Assembly: GCA_965661045.1 (NCBI GenBank)
Contig: CBFICN010000002.1
Coordinates: 1-62,170 of the forward strand
DNA length: 62,170 nucleotides
From: an uncultured Myxococcota bacterium
GTDB lineage: Bacteria; Myxococcota_A; UBA796
Direction of reading: 5' to 3'
In this document: piece after piece, positions 8,904 through 16,808 of the stretch
How positions within the stretch are numbered: the first letter of the stretch is position 1
Layout of the letters: every line of letters begins with the position of its first letter
Notes under the pieces: model-generated
Databases searched by the model: none
What the model saw: the letters and a program-made list of their open reading frames with translations, nothing else
What the model was told of the DNA's origin: nothing
Translations under genes and position numbers: made by a program

Positions 8904-11147
8904 TCAGTCGGTCTGTACATTGACTGATTCCAATGTTGTCACAAAATCAGCGATGTCGAGCATTTGCTGGTTGGTACTGGTCAATACAATGGTGATGTCA
9001 TCTCGACGGAAGTGCAAGAGGCATCGTTGGAGTCTCAATGCGTCAGAGGCATGTAGGGCAGCAGTCGGGTCATCCATCAATACAATTAAGGGCTCACGTT
9101 TAAACTCAGGTGTTAAACAAGGGGCCAAGACCTGAGCCAACTGTATGCGACGATGCTCACCGCCACTGAGTGTGGGGGAACTTTGTCCGAGTGTGAGGTA
9201 GCCAAGTCCAACCATCTGTAGTGCCGAACACATTCGAAACAGTGTGGGTTGATGTTCAAAGACTTTCAACGCCTCATCGACGCTGAGATCTAAGATTTCA
9301 GAGATGTTGAGATCGCGATAGGTTGCTTGCAGAGTGGAATCTAGAAAGCGCTTTCCTAGACATTCGGAACACTTGATCTCACTCGGTGGCAAAGGGGCTA
9401 CGTGGTGAGGGATGGTTCCGATTCCATGACAGGTCTCACATCGACCGCCTTTTCGATTGAATGAAAAGTCTGCTGCAGACAGACGGTGCAGTTTGGCACT
9501 TCTTGTACTCGCCATCAAATTTCGGATTTCGGTCCAGATACCAGCAATGGTGACCAAGGTTGATCGTTTGTTTCCAAGCGAGCCAAGACTGGTCAGCAAT
9601 AACATACGTTCTTGTCGGTCTAGTATGTTCAGGGTTTGATGAACCTCTTTGAGCAGTTTGGTTTTGCCACTTCCAGATGGACCAGTAATTATGTGTAAGC
9701 CCCCCAAATAAAGATCAAAGTTGGTTTTGCCAATTGAGATTGGTTTGCCAAAGGATTTCTTGCAAAACTCTGTGGGGTCCATTGTTTCTTGAACGACAGG
9801 TTCCTCGACAATCCTTCCACCATGTACTCCTGAACCGGGGCCAAAATGAAAGATCGTATCCGCAAACTGTTGAAATTTTGGATGGTGATCGACGACGATG
9901 AAACTTTGCCCTTCTTTGACCTTTTCGCGAAGGGTTTGGATGAGTCGATCGACAGTGTCACCATCCAACCCCAAAGAAGGTTCGTCCAATATATACAAAC
10001 AGGTTCCCAGTTCTTGATTGAGCACAGCACAAGTTCGTGCTCTGGACCGCTCTCCAGTACTCAAAGAATTGACCTTCTGACACAGAGGGTTTTTCAAGTG
10101 CAGGTCACACAGTAGGTTTAAAGAACGCTGCAATTCCAAAAGCTCTCCACCGTCATTCTGCAATGTTTTGAGCCATTGTCTAAGGTCGGTGGCGGAAAGT
10201 GCGATGGCTTGTCGAAAGGACAGTCCGTTGATTTTCAACAACGCCGAGAAATCTTGTAGTCCGGTTCCATTGCACTCAGAACAGGTGGTTTCACCGTCTT
10301 GGATTCCCAGTCCGTAACAAGTAGAACAACCGCCCAAAGAAGTGTTTGACTGGAGGTGCTCAGCGGTTGGGATTGGGTAGGTCGTACCATCCGAAGACTG
10401 TGGTACACTGGAGAATACTTTTTCGATTGCTTGTTCACCTTTTGGGGAGAGAACGACGTGTATTTGTTGTTGGTGACTGTTCAGCCCATGTCGAAGGGCT
10501 TCTCTTAATCGATCGCGGTTCTTTTCCCGTACTTTTAGTCGATCCAGCACAACTCCGAACGTGGTGGGTGGGGTCTTTGGTGCATCTTCAATAAATGGAA
10601 AGGTGTCGTCATATTGAATTCGCGTATGACCATTTCGAATTAGTTCTTCTAAGATGCCCAGATAGGTTTCTGGATTGACTGGCAACTTGGATACGACGTG
10701 GGCCGCGACACCACTGTGGGTTTCCAGTAAAGACTCAGTAGCCTCGATTGGCGTGAAGATTGACAGGGGCTCATTGGTTCGGGGGCAATGGAGTTTTCCA
10801 TATTGTAAAAAGATGTGCTCCAATAATGTTTGTATACCTAAGAGGTCGGCAAGACTGGTATGTCGATCAAACTTGATACCAATATCTTGTCTCATTCCAA
10901 AGGTTGGTGGGAGTCCGGTTATTCGGTCTGCTTGGGGACGGGCAATTCTCTTGTTGTCCAACCGAATGGAGGCTCTGAGCGCTTCGATACATCGTCGTTG
11001 TCCCTCTGCCAATAACGTGTCAATTGCCAAAGAGGATTTGCCCGAACCTGACGGTCCAACGAAGACCACCAGTTCATGGAGGGGGATCTCAATGAAATGG
11101 ATATTCAAATTGTTTTGTCGAACATTATACAGTGCAATTTTGTGCAT
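8904..11147 (-). CDS. UvrA-like tandem ABC ATPase (short paralogue of excinuclease subunit A)
   Basis: N-terminus 'MHKIALYNVRQNNLNIHFIEIPLHELVVFVGPSGSGKSSLAIDTLLAEGQRR' aligns with the UvrA start. Signatures 'LSTGERSRA' and 'LSGGEHRRIQLA'; Walker B 'LYILDEPSLGLD'; second Walker A 'ITGPSGSGKTK'; C-terminal Zn module 'GGRCETCHG..CSECLGKRF'. About 747 aa. The longest ORF starts at TTG 11159; the ATG at 11147 is preferred. Confidence 0.85.
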   Translation of the reverse strand: MHKIALYNVRQNNLNIHFIEIPLHELVVFVGPSGSGKSSLAIDTLLAEGQRRCIEALRASIRLDNKRIARPQADRITGLPPTFGMRQDIGIKFDRHTSLADLLGIQTLLEHIFLQYGKLHCPRTNEPLSIFTPIEATESLLETHSGVAAHVVSKLPVNPETYLGILEELIRNGHTRIQYDDTFPFIEDAPKTPPTTFGVVLDRLKVREKNRDRLREALRHGLNSHQQQIHVVLSPKGEQAIEKVFSSVPQSSDGTTYPIPTAEHLQSNTSLGGCSTCYGLGIQDGETTCSECNGTGLQDFSALLKINGLSFRQAIALSATDLRQWLKTLQNDGGELLELQRSLNLLCDLHLKNPLCQKVNSLSTGERSRARTCAVLNQELGTCLYILDEPSLGLDGDTVDRLIQTLREKVKEGQSFIVVDHHPKFQQFADTIFHFGPGSGVHGGRIVEEPVVQETMDPTEFCKKSFGKPISIGKTNFDLYLGGLHIITGPSGSGKTKLLKEVHQTLNILDRQERMLLLTSLGSLGNKRSTLVTIAGIWTEIRNLMASTRSAKLHRLSAADFSFNRKGGRCETCHGIGTIPHHVAPLPPSEIKCSECLGKRFLDSTLQATYRDLNISEILDLSVDEALKVFEHQPTLFRMCSALQMVGLGYLTLGQSSPTLSGGEHRRIQLAQVLAPCLTPEFKREPLIVLMDDPTAALHASDALRLQRCLLHFRRDDITIVLTSTNQQMLDIADFVTTLESVNVQTD

Positions 11148-11220
11148 AGAGAATTCCAAAAAAGTAAGTGAATGGACTTGTCAGAGATTTGAGAGTGGGA
11201 TATATTCTATAAGAACATGT

Positions 11221-11292
11221 TGGGCTATGGTGTAATAGGTAACACAGCGGTTTTTGGCACCGTCGTTCTAGGTTCAAGTCCTGGTAGCCCAG
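11221..11292 (+). tRNA. tRNA-Gln (anticodon UUG)
   Basis: Hand-folded cloverleaf. Acceptor TGGGCTA/TAGCCCA with discriminator G. D stem GTGT/ACAC with GG in the loop. Anticodon stem GCGGT/ACCGT, loop TTTTGGC (U33, anticodon TTG). T stem CTAGG/CCTGG, loop TTCAAGT. 72 nt, CCA not encoded. Confidence 0.9.
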
Positions 11293-11336
11293 CTTTTTCA
11301 TCGTTCGCAAATACAAGTTGAGTTAGACTCTTGATT

Positions 11337-11368
11337 ACCTCTAGCCTATGTGGTTCAGAGGTTTTTTT
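11337..11368 (+). terminator. Possible rho-independent terminator after tRNA-Gln
   Basis: ACCTCT (11337-11342) pairs with AGAGGT (11357-11362) and is followed by a run of seven T. The stem is short and the loop is 14 nt. Confidence 0.45.
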
Positions 11369-11413
11369 GTTTGGCTGAACTGGTGAATTGGTTTGATACA
11401 CACAGGGGGAGTG

Positions 11414-12694
11414 ATGGACTCAAACAAAATATATTTGTTACCGGGCAATGCCAGTCGCAAACTGGCAACACAAATTGCGCAGTATTGGCATCGTAGAATT
11501 GACGGTGCGAGCCTTCCTTCCGATGGGTTGGACAGGGAACTTGAGGATTGGGAGAAGTTGCTTTCGTGTCGTGTGCAAAATGACGTAGTGATGGTTCAAC
11601 TCCAGATTGATAAGTTTCGAGATGGGGAGGTCAACGTTGTTGTCAAAGAGAACATACGAGGGCAAGATGTTTTCATCGTGCAATCCTTTTACACCGGGTA
11701 TCAAGAAGTCAAGGACGAAGATGGTTCAGTGTCCTATGAGGCCAGTGAGTCTGTCAACGACTATTTGATGGCGCTTCTATTAACGGTTGACGCTTGCAAG
11801 CGTGCATCTGCAGCTTCTATAACGGCTGTCATTCCGTATTTCGGATACGCACGACAGGACCGGAAAATTCAAAGAGCGCCCATCTCTGCAAAATTGGTGG
11901 CCGATATGTTGACGGTGGCAGGTGTGTCTCGGGTCGTCACAATGGATTTGCACGCGGCTCAAGTGCAAGGTTTCTTCAACGTGCCGGTTGACAATCTGTA
12001 CGGTGCAGTGGTTGCGGCAAAGCACCTGGCGAATGTGGTCGCGGCCAATATCAAAACGATCGAAGATCGAAGAAACTTGGTGATCGTTTCTCCTGATGTT
12101 GGTGGGGCTCAACGAGCTCGAAAGTTTAGAGAGCGCTTGGTGAGTACGCTGCAACGCGATTATCCGACTGTGGGGTTGGACAAAAAGGCGGATGGAACTC
12201 AACCGACAGCAGAAGAAAAAGTATCCAACGCGAAATGGGATGTGGATTTGGCAATTATTGATAAAGTTCGAAAAGTCGCCAACGAAGCAGAAGTTATGGA
12301 TGTGATTGGACGTGTCAAAGGCAAGACGGCGATCATTATAGATGATTTGATCGATACGGCCGGTACCCTGTGCAAAGGAGCGCAAGCACTCCATGATAAA
12401 GGGGCAAAAGAGATTTTTGCATTTTGTACTCACCCAGTGATGTCTGATAAATATGATGGCAAAACCGGATTGACAACCGTTGTAGAGAAACTCAACCAGT
12501 CACACATCGATAAACTGTACGTGTCTGACACCATTCCACTTCGCTCGGACCAAGAAGCCTGTGAGAAGATTGAGGTGCTGAGTCAAGATTACATGTTTGC
12601 CTCTGCTATGGACGGAATTTTTAATCGAAAATCCGTTTCCAAAGTGTTCAACGAAGCCAGAAGTTCAACCTTGATTCCAAGTTATCAACAATAA
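11414..12694 (+). CDS. prs: Ribose-phosphate pyrophosphokinase (PRPP synthetase) with three insertions
   Basis: 'FRDGEVNVVVKENIRGQDVFIVQS', 'AVIPYFGYARQDRK', 'VVTMDLHAAQVQGFFNVPVDNLY', 'VSPDVGGAQRARKF', PRPP loop 'AIIIDDLIDTAGTL'. GGGGGAG RBS precedes the ATG at 11414. Confidence 0.92.
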   Translation: MDSNKIYLLPGNASRKLATQIAQYWHRRIDGASLPSDGLDRELEDWEKLLSCRVQNDVVMVQLQIDKFRDGEVNVVVKENIRGQDVFIVQSFYTGYQEVKDEDGSVSYEASESVNDYLMALLLTVDACKRASAASITAVIPYFGYARQDRKIQRAPISAKLVADMLTVAGVSRVVTMDLHAAQVQGFFNVPVDNLYGAVVAAKHLANVVAANIKTIEDRRNLVIVSPDVGGAQRARKFRERLVSTLQRDYPTVGLDKKADGTQPTAEEKVSNAKWDVDLAIIDKVRKVANEAEVMDVIGRVKGKTAIIIDDLIDTAGTLCKGAQALHDKGAKEIFAFCTHPVMSDKYDGKTGLTTVVEKLNQSHIDKLYVSDTIPLRSDQEACEKIEVLSQDYMFASAMDGIFNRKSVSKVFNEARSSTLIPSYQQ

Positions 12695-12726
12695 AGGCCA
12701 AGGGTTGTCAATGTAGACAAGAGTGA

Positions 12727-12755
12727 TTGACAGTAGAGGTCAATCTGGTTAAATA
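12727..12755 (+). promoter_or_regulatory. Putative sigma70-type promoter for rplY-pth
   Basis: TTGACA (12727-12732), a 17-nt spacer, then TAAATA (12750-12755). A perfect 7-bp inverted repeat GATTGAC/GTCAATC (12725-12731 / 12739-12745) overlaps the -35 and the spacer. Confidence 0.35.
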
Positions 12756-12902
12756 GCGACAGTCTAGTGTTTGTCGGTTTCATTCACATGGTGAAATCCA
12801 AAGTCCATGGCAAACAGAACAAGTCTAGACGGACATTTTAGCGTTGCTAATGGACGGCACAATCAGTTTCTATCAATCCTGAAACAATAGAATGGAGTGC
12901 CC

Positions 12903-13475
12903 ATGTCTACTATCGAAATGTCTGTTTCAAAACGTGAAGCGACAGGAAAAGGAGTTGCTCGTAAACTGCGCCGAAGTGGCGTAGTACCAGCAGTTATCTA
13001 TCGTGGCGGTAATACACCGACTATGATTTCAATCAACCCAACAGCGTTGACACTTGCGTTTGAACGCTCTGGAAACCCAAACAACTTGGTCCAGATTGCC
13101 GTGGAAGGTGGAGATACATTCACATGTTTGGTCCGTGAAGTACAGCGTCACCCCGTATCTGGTGCAATCCGTCACGTAGACTTTTATGAAGTCAAAGATG
13201 ACGAACTGTTGACCGTTACCGTACCGGTTGTCACTGTTGGTAAAGCAGCAGGTGTGGCCATGGGTGGTGCGTTGCGTTTGGTTCGACGTGAACTTCAAGT
13301 TCGTTGCTTGCCTGCAAACATTCCTGCGGTCATCGAAGCCGATGTAACACCCCTAGAAATTGGTAAGTTTCTGAAAGTCAACCAAATCGCCAATCCAGAA
13401 GGTGTGGAGATTTTGTTCGACGAGAACGGAATCTTCAACATCGCAACGGTCATCAAGCGTCGCGGAAGCGCTTAA
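12903..13475 (+). CDS. rplY: 50S ribosomal protein L25 / general stress protein Ctc
   Basis: 'GKGVARKLRRSGVVPAVIY', 'RHPVSGAIRHVDF'. ATG at 12903 follows a TGGAG RBS; the ORF track begins at GTG 12897. Sits in the conserved prs-ctc-pth order. Confidence 0.9.
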   Translation: MSTIEMSVSKREATGKGVARKLRRSGVVPAVIYRGGNTPTMISINPTALTLAFERSGNPNNLVQIAVEGGDTFTCLVREVQRHPVSGAIRHVDFYEVKDDELLTVTVPVVTVGKAAGVAMGGALRLVRRELQVRCLPANIPAVIEADVTPLEIGKFLKVNQIANPEGVEILFDENGIFNIATVIKRRGSA

Positions 13476-13480
13476 GCATT

Positions 13481-14047
13481 ATGTTTTTGGTCGTTGGTTT
13501 GGGAAATCCTGGGTTGAAGTACCTCAACACCCGTCACAATATCGGGTTTGATGTGCTTATGGAACTGGCTAGTCGAAATTGCGTCGACCTACCGTCCAAA
13601 AAGAAATCCAATTCCCTGATCAGTGACGTTCGCATCGGTGATCAAAATTGCATCTTGGCACTTCCACAGCAATTCATGAATCGTTCTGGACAGCCGGTCG
13701 CCTCCTTGATGGGGTATTACAAGATTCCATCAAAGAAAGTGTTGGTTGTCCATGATGAACTGGATATTCCTTTTGGTAGTGTCAAACTCAAGCAGCAAGG
13801 TGGCCACGGTGGTCACAATGGTTTGCGAGATATCATTCAGCACATTGGAAAAGACTTTCTTCGCTTGCGCGTTGGGGTTGGTCGGCCCCCAAAAGGGTGG
13901 GACACTGCCAATTTTGTGTTGGGTCGATGGAGCAAGTCTGAAATGGATGCTTTGAGCGATGTGAAAATTGATGCTTGCAACGCTGTAGAAGCTGTTCTTC
14001 AAAATGGCATCCTCGATGCAATGCAAACGGTCAATGCAAAGACATAA
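13481..14047 (+). CDS. pth: Peptidyl-tRNA hydrolase
   Basis: 'LVVGLGNPGLKYLNTRHNIGF', 'VVHDELDIPFG', 'GGHGGHNGLRDI'. Confidence 0.95.
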   Translation: MFLVVGLGNPGLKYLNTRHNIGFDVLMELASRNCVDLPSKKKSNSLISDVRIGDQNCILALPQQFMNRSGQPVASLMGYYKIPSKKVLVVHDELDIPFGSVKLKQQGGHGGHNGLRDIIQHIGKDFLRLRVGVGRPPKGWDTANFVLGRWSKSEMDALSDVKIDACNAVEAVLQNGILDAMQTVNAKT

Positions 14048-14069
14048 GCAAATACTATTTTGTATAAAT

Positions 14070-14120
14070 AAATTTATTCAACTTCAAATTTATTCAACCT
14101 CTGCGGGAGAGCAATCTCCC
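14070..14120 (+). promoter_or_regulatory. Direct repeat plus GNRA-capped hairpin in the rpsF leader
   Basis: AAATTTATTCAAC occurs at 14070-14082 and again at 14086-14098. It is followed by GGGAGA-GCAA-TCTCCC (14105-14120), about 30 nt upstream of the rpsF ATG. Confidence 0.3.
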
Positions 14121-14152
14121 CACAAATATTCAAGTCCATGTGGAGGAATTCA

Positions 14153-14554
14153 ATGGCACAAGTTCTCAACAATTATGAAATGATGCTGATTGCGCATCAA
14201 AGTGTAACCGATGAAGTCATCAACGAAGCCGTTGCCGGTTTGGCAGACGTCATTACCAACAGTGGTGGCTCATTGTTGACTCAAGATGACTGGGGTCGTG
14301 TACGCACTGCATATCCGATCAACAAACAAAGTTTCTCTAAGTACCTTTTGCTGGAGTACGTAGCACCTGCGACCGTACCGTTGGAACTCGAGCGCATCGT
14401 TCGATTCAACGACAAAACGTTCTTGCGATTTTTGACAGTACAATTAGACAGCAATGTAAAAGATCTCGAAACCCTCAAAGAAGCTGCTGAAGCTCGATTG
14501 ACCAAGCGTCAAGAGACAGTTGCTGAAATGAAGAAAGAAAAGACACGACGATAA
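14153..14554 (+). CDS. rpsF: 30S ribosomal protein S6
   Basis: '[10 protein letters not shown]', '[11 protein letters not shown]'. GGAGGA RBS precedes the ATG at 14153. First gene of the rpsF-rpsR-rplI order. Confidence 0.92.
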   Translation: MAQVLNNYEMMLIAHQSVTDEVINEAVAGLADVITNSGGSLLTQDDWGRVRTAYPINKQSFSKYLLLEYVAPATVPLELERIVRFNDKTFLRFLTVQLDSNVKDLETLKEAAEARLTKRQETVAEMKKEKTRR

Positions 14555-14564
14555 GGAGCAAATC

Positions 14565-14753
14565 ATGGCGAAAAAACAATCAAGAGTATTTGATTACAAA
14601 GATCCAAAAACTTTGCGTGGGTACATCACTGAGCGTGGAAAAATTAAGCCACGTCGCATGACCAATCTCACTGCAAAAGAACAACGCAACCTCGCTTTGG
14701 CCATCAAGCGTGCACGTCAAGTCGCCTTGTTGCCATTCTTGAGTATGGACTAA
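14565..14753 (+). CDS. rpsR: 30S ribosomal protein S18
   Basis: '[42 protein letters not shown]'. Confidence 0.95.
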   Translation: MAKKQSRVFDYKDPKTLRGYITERGKIKPRRMTNLTAKEQRNLALAIKRARQVALLPFLSMD

Positions 14754-14763
14754 GGAGAACATC

Positions 14764-15207
14764 ATGAAAGTAATTTTGCAAAAAGACGTACCTCACCTTG
14801 GTCACATTGGTGATTTGGTAAAAGTCAAAGACGGCTATGGTCGCAATTACTTGTTGCCACGTGGTTTGGCTGTATTGGCAAATGAGTCGAATACACGTCA
14901 ATTGAACCATCAAAAACGTGTTGCAGCAACATTGGCCGCAAAACAGAAGGCAGCTGCTCAAGAAGCCGCAAATGTCATTAACTCTACACCTGTGGCTTTC
15001 AAATTGGAAGTTGGTGAAGAGGGCAAGGCTTTCGGATCGGTGACCAGCCGTGACATCGCTGAAGCATTGGCTGCCAAAGGTGTTGAAGTAGATCGTCGTA
15101 AAATGTCTATGGACAGTGTGCTCAAAGAGATTGGTTCTTTCGAAGTCCCAGTCGATTTGGGGTCTGGCGTTTCTGCAAACATTCGAGTCTTGATCGAAAA
15201 GAAATAA
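14764..15207 (+). CDS. rplI: 50S ribosomal protein L9
   Basis: 'MKVILQKDVPHLGHIGDLVKVKDGYGRNYLLPRGLA'; AAGGAG RBS. Confidence 0.95.
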   Translation: MKVILQKDVPHLGHIGDLVKVKDGYGRNYLLPRGLAVLANESNTRQLNHQKRVAATLAAKQKAAAQEAANVINSTPVAFKLEVGEEGKAFGSVTSRDIAEALAAKGVEVDRRKMSMDSVLKEIGSFEVPVDLGSGVSANIRVLIEKK

Positions 15208-15227
15208 TCGTCTAGTCATCGAATTGG

Positions 15228-15256
15228 AAATACTGCCCTCGTGGCAGTATTTTTTT
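15228..15256 (+). terminator. Rho-independent terminator after rplI
   Basis: 10-bp stem AAATACTGCC / GGCAGTATTT with 5-nt loop CTCGT, running into a T tract that ends at 15256. Confidence 0.75.
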
Positions 15257-15324
15257 GTCCGATATTCACCGCAGTTCTGTTTACGTCTTACAGTGTAGAA
15301 CAACTCATCTTGGACACAGAAAAA

Positions 15325-16716
15325 ATGGCAAAGAAAAAAGAAAAAGATTGGTATCAAAAAGTTACAGAGCGCGCTGAGGATGTTGTCCTAAAACTCCCCT
15401 ATGAAAGAGAGGCAGAACGCTCCGTCTTGGGTGGACTGATGATGGGAGCGGTACATTTCTCAGATGTACACGAATACTTGACGGCGGAAGATTTCTTTGA
15501 TGAATCCCACCAAACATTGTTTGATCTCCTAGTCAAGATGATCAAGAAAGGTGAGAACACAGACCTGGTCTCTGTGCTTCATCAAGCTTCACACCAAGAA
15601 AAGTTGGATAAGATCGGTGGTCATGAGTACATCACCGAACTGTATACTTCGTCTTCTACTGCCTACAATATTGATTTTCACGCTGCAATCGTGAAAGAAC
15701 AGGCGACAAGAAGGCGTTTGATGAAGAATGCCAATGTCATTATCCAAGCTGCTCAAACAGGAATTGCCACCATCGATGATGTTTTAGAACTGGCTGAGAA
15801 AAAAGTTTTTGAGATTACCCAGTCAGCGGAATCAAAGGACTGGCAGTCCATTGAGAATGTTGTTGGCCAAGAGTTTGAACGCATCCAGCAGTTGATGGAT
15901 ATTGCTTCTGATGTGACCGGTATGGATACTGGGTTTACAGATTTGAATAAGATCTTGTCGGGACTTCAGAAGACGGACTTGGTGATTCTTGCGGCGCGTC
16001 CAGCAATGGGAAAGACGGCGTTGGCTCTCAATATAGCCTTGAACGTTGCCAAAGAAGGGAACGGCATTGGTATTTTCTCGATGGAGATGAGCGCTGGCCA
16101 GTTGGTTACACGGTTGATGTGTACGGAAGGACGTGTGGATGCTGGGGCAGTGCGTACTGGTAAACTCAATCGTGATACCGATATCCCAAGGTTGGTGGAC
16201 GCAGCGCAGGAACTTCATCGCCTACCGATTTACATCGATGATACCCCAGGCTTAACCATCAATCAGTTGAGTTCGAAATCGCGTCGTTTGAAGGCCGCCA
16301 ATCCAGATTTGGGGTTGATCGTCGTTGACTATATTGGTTTGATGGTTGGAGATGGACGAATGTCTCGTCAAGAGCAGGTTTCTGAAGCTTCTCGTGGATT
16401 GAAGGGCTTGGCCAAAGAGTTGGATGTGTGTGTGCTGGCGTTGTCACAGCTGAATCGGAGTGTGGAATCAAGGACCGACAAGCGACCAATGCCAAGTGAC
16501 CTTCGTGAATCTGGAGCGATTGAGCAGGATGCCGATATCATTTCCTTTATTTATCGCGATGAGTATTACAATCCTGAGAGTCCAGAAAAGGGTGTTGCAG
16601 AAGTCATCATTGCCAAACAGAGAAATGGATCAACGGGTACCGTGAAACTATTTTTCGAAGGAAAGCATACCCGCTTTGACAATTACACTGAACGTGCAAC
16701 AGATGATTACATGTAG
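15325..16716 (+). CDS. dnaB: Replicative DNA helicase DnaB
   Basis: 'ERSVLGGLMM', Walker A 'ARPAMGKTALALNIA', 'FSMEMSAGQLVTRLM', 'VVDYIGLM', 'QLNRSVESR', 'IAKQRNGSTG'. Start placed at ATG 15325 because the longer ORF (15241) would run through the rplI terminator. Confidence 0.95.
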   Translation: MAKKKEKDWYQKVTERAEDVVLKLPYEREAERSVLGGLMMGAVHFSDVHEYLTAEDFFDESHQTLFDLLVKMIKKGENTDLVSVLHQASHQEKLDKIGGHEYITELYTSSSTAYNIDFHAAIVKEQATRRRLMKNANVIIQAAQTGIATIDDVLELAEKKVFEITQSAESKDWQSIENVVGQEFERIQQLMDIASDVTGMDTGFTDLNKILSGLQKTDLVILAARPAMGKTALALNIALNVAKEGNGIGIFSMEMSAGQLVTRLMCTEGRVDAGAVRTGKLNRDTDIPRLVDAAQELHRLPIYIDDTPGLTINQLSSKSRRLKAANPDLGLIVVDYIGLMVGDGRMSRQEQVSEASRGLKGLAKELDVCVLALSQLNRSVESRTDKRPMPSDLRESGAIEQDADIISFIYRDEYYNPESPEKGVAEVIIAKQRNGSTGTVKLFFEGKHTRFDNYTERATDDYM

Positions 16717-16808
16717 TCGTGTAACAAATCCGTAAACTGTACTCTTCACTGTGGAACCTACTTGTTGAAAGTGGTTAAATACAAACGAAGAATACAGTAG
16801 GAGTAACC

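Noticed and set aside
8079-11159. ABC ATPase plus nuclease pair as an anti-phage defence system (PARIS/Septu/Lamassu-like logic).
   Set aside because: The nuclease has a clear signal peptide and an LTD domain typical of extracellular nucleases. The ATPase is a bona fide UvrA-family protein. The pairing is kept only as a low-key finding.
11160-11400. tRNA-Gln as an integration site for a prophage or genomic island.
   Set aside because: There is no integrase, no direct repeat of the tRNA 3' end and no phage-like genes on either side. The flanking genes are housekeeping (uvrA paralogue, prs).
15241-15324. Upstream extension of dnaB ('MAVFFCPIFTAV...') given by the longest ORF.
   Set aside because: The extension is translated straight through the rplI rho-independent terminator stem and T tract. 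The ATG at 15325 gives a normal DnaB N-terminus.
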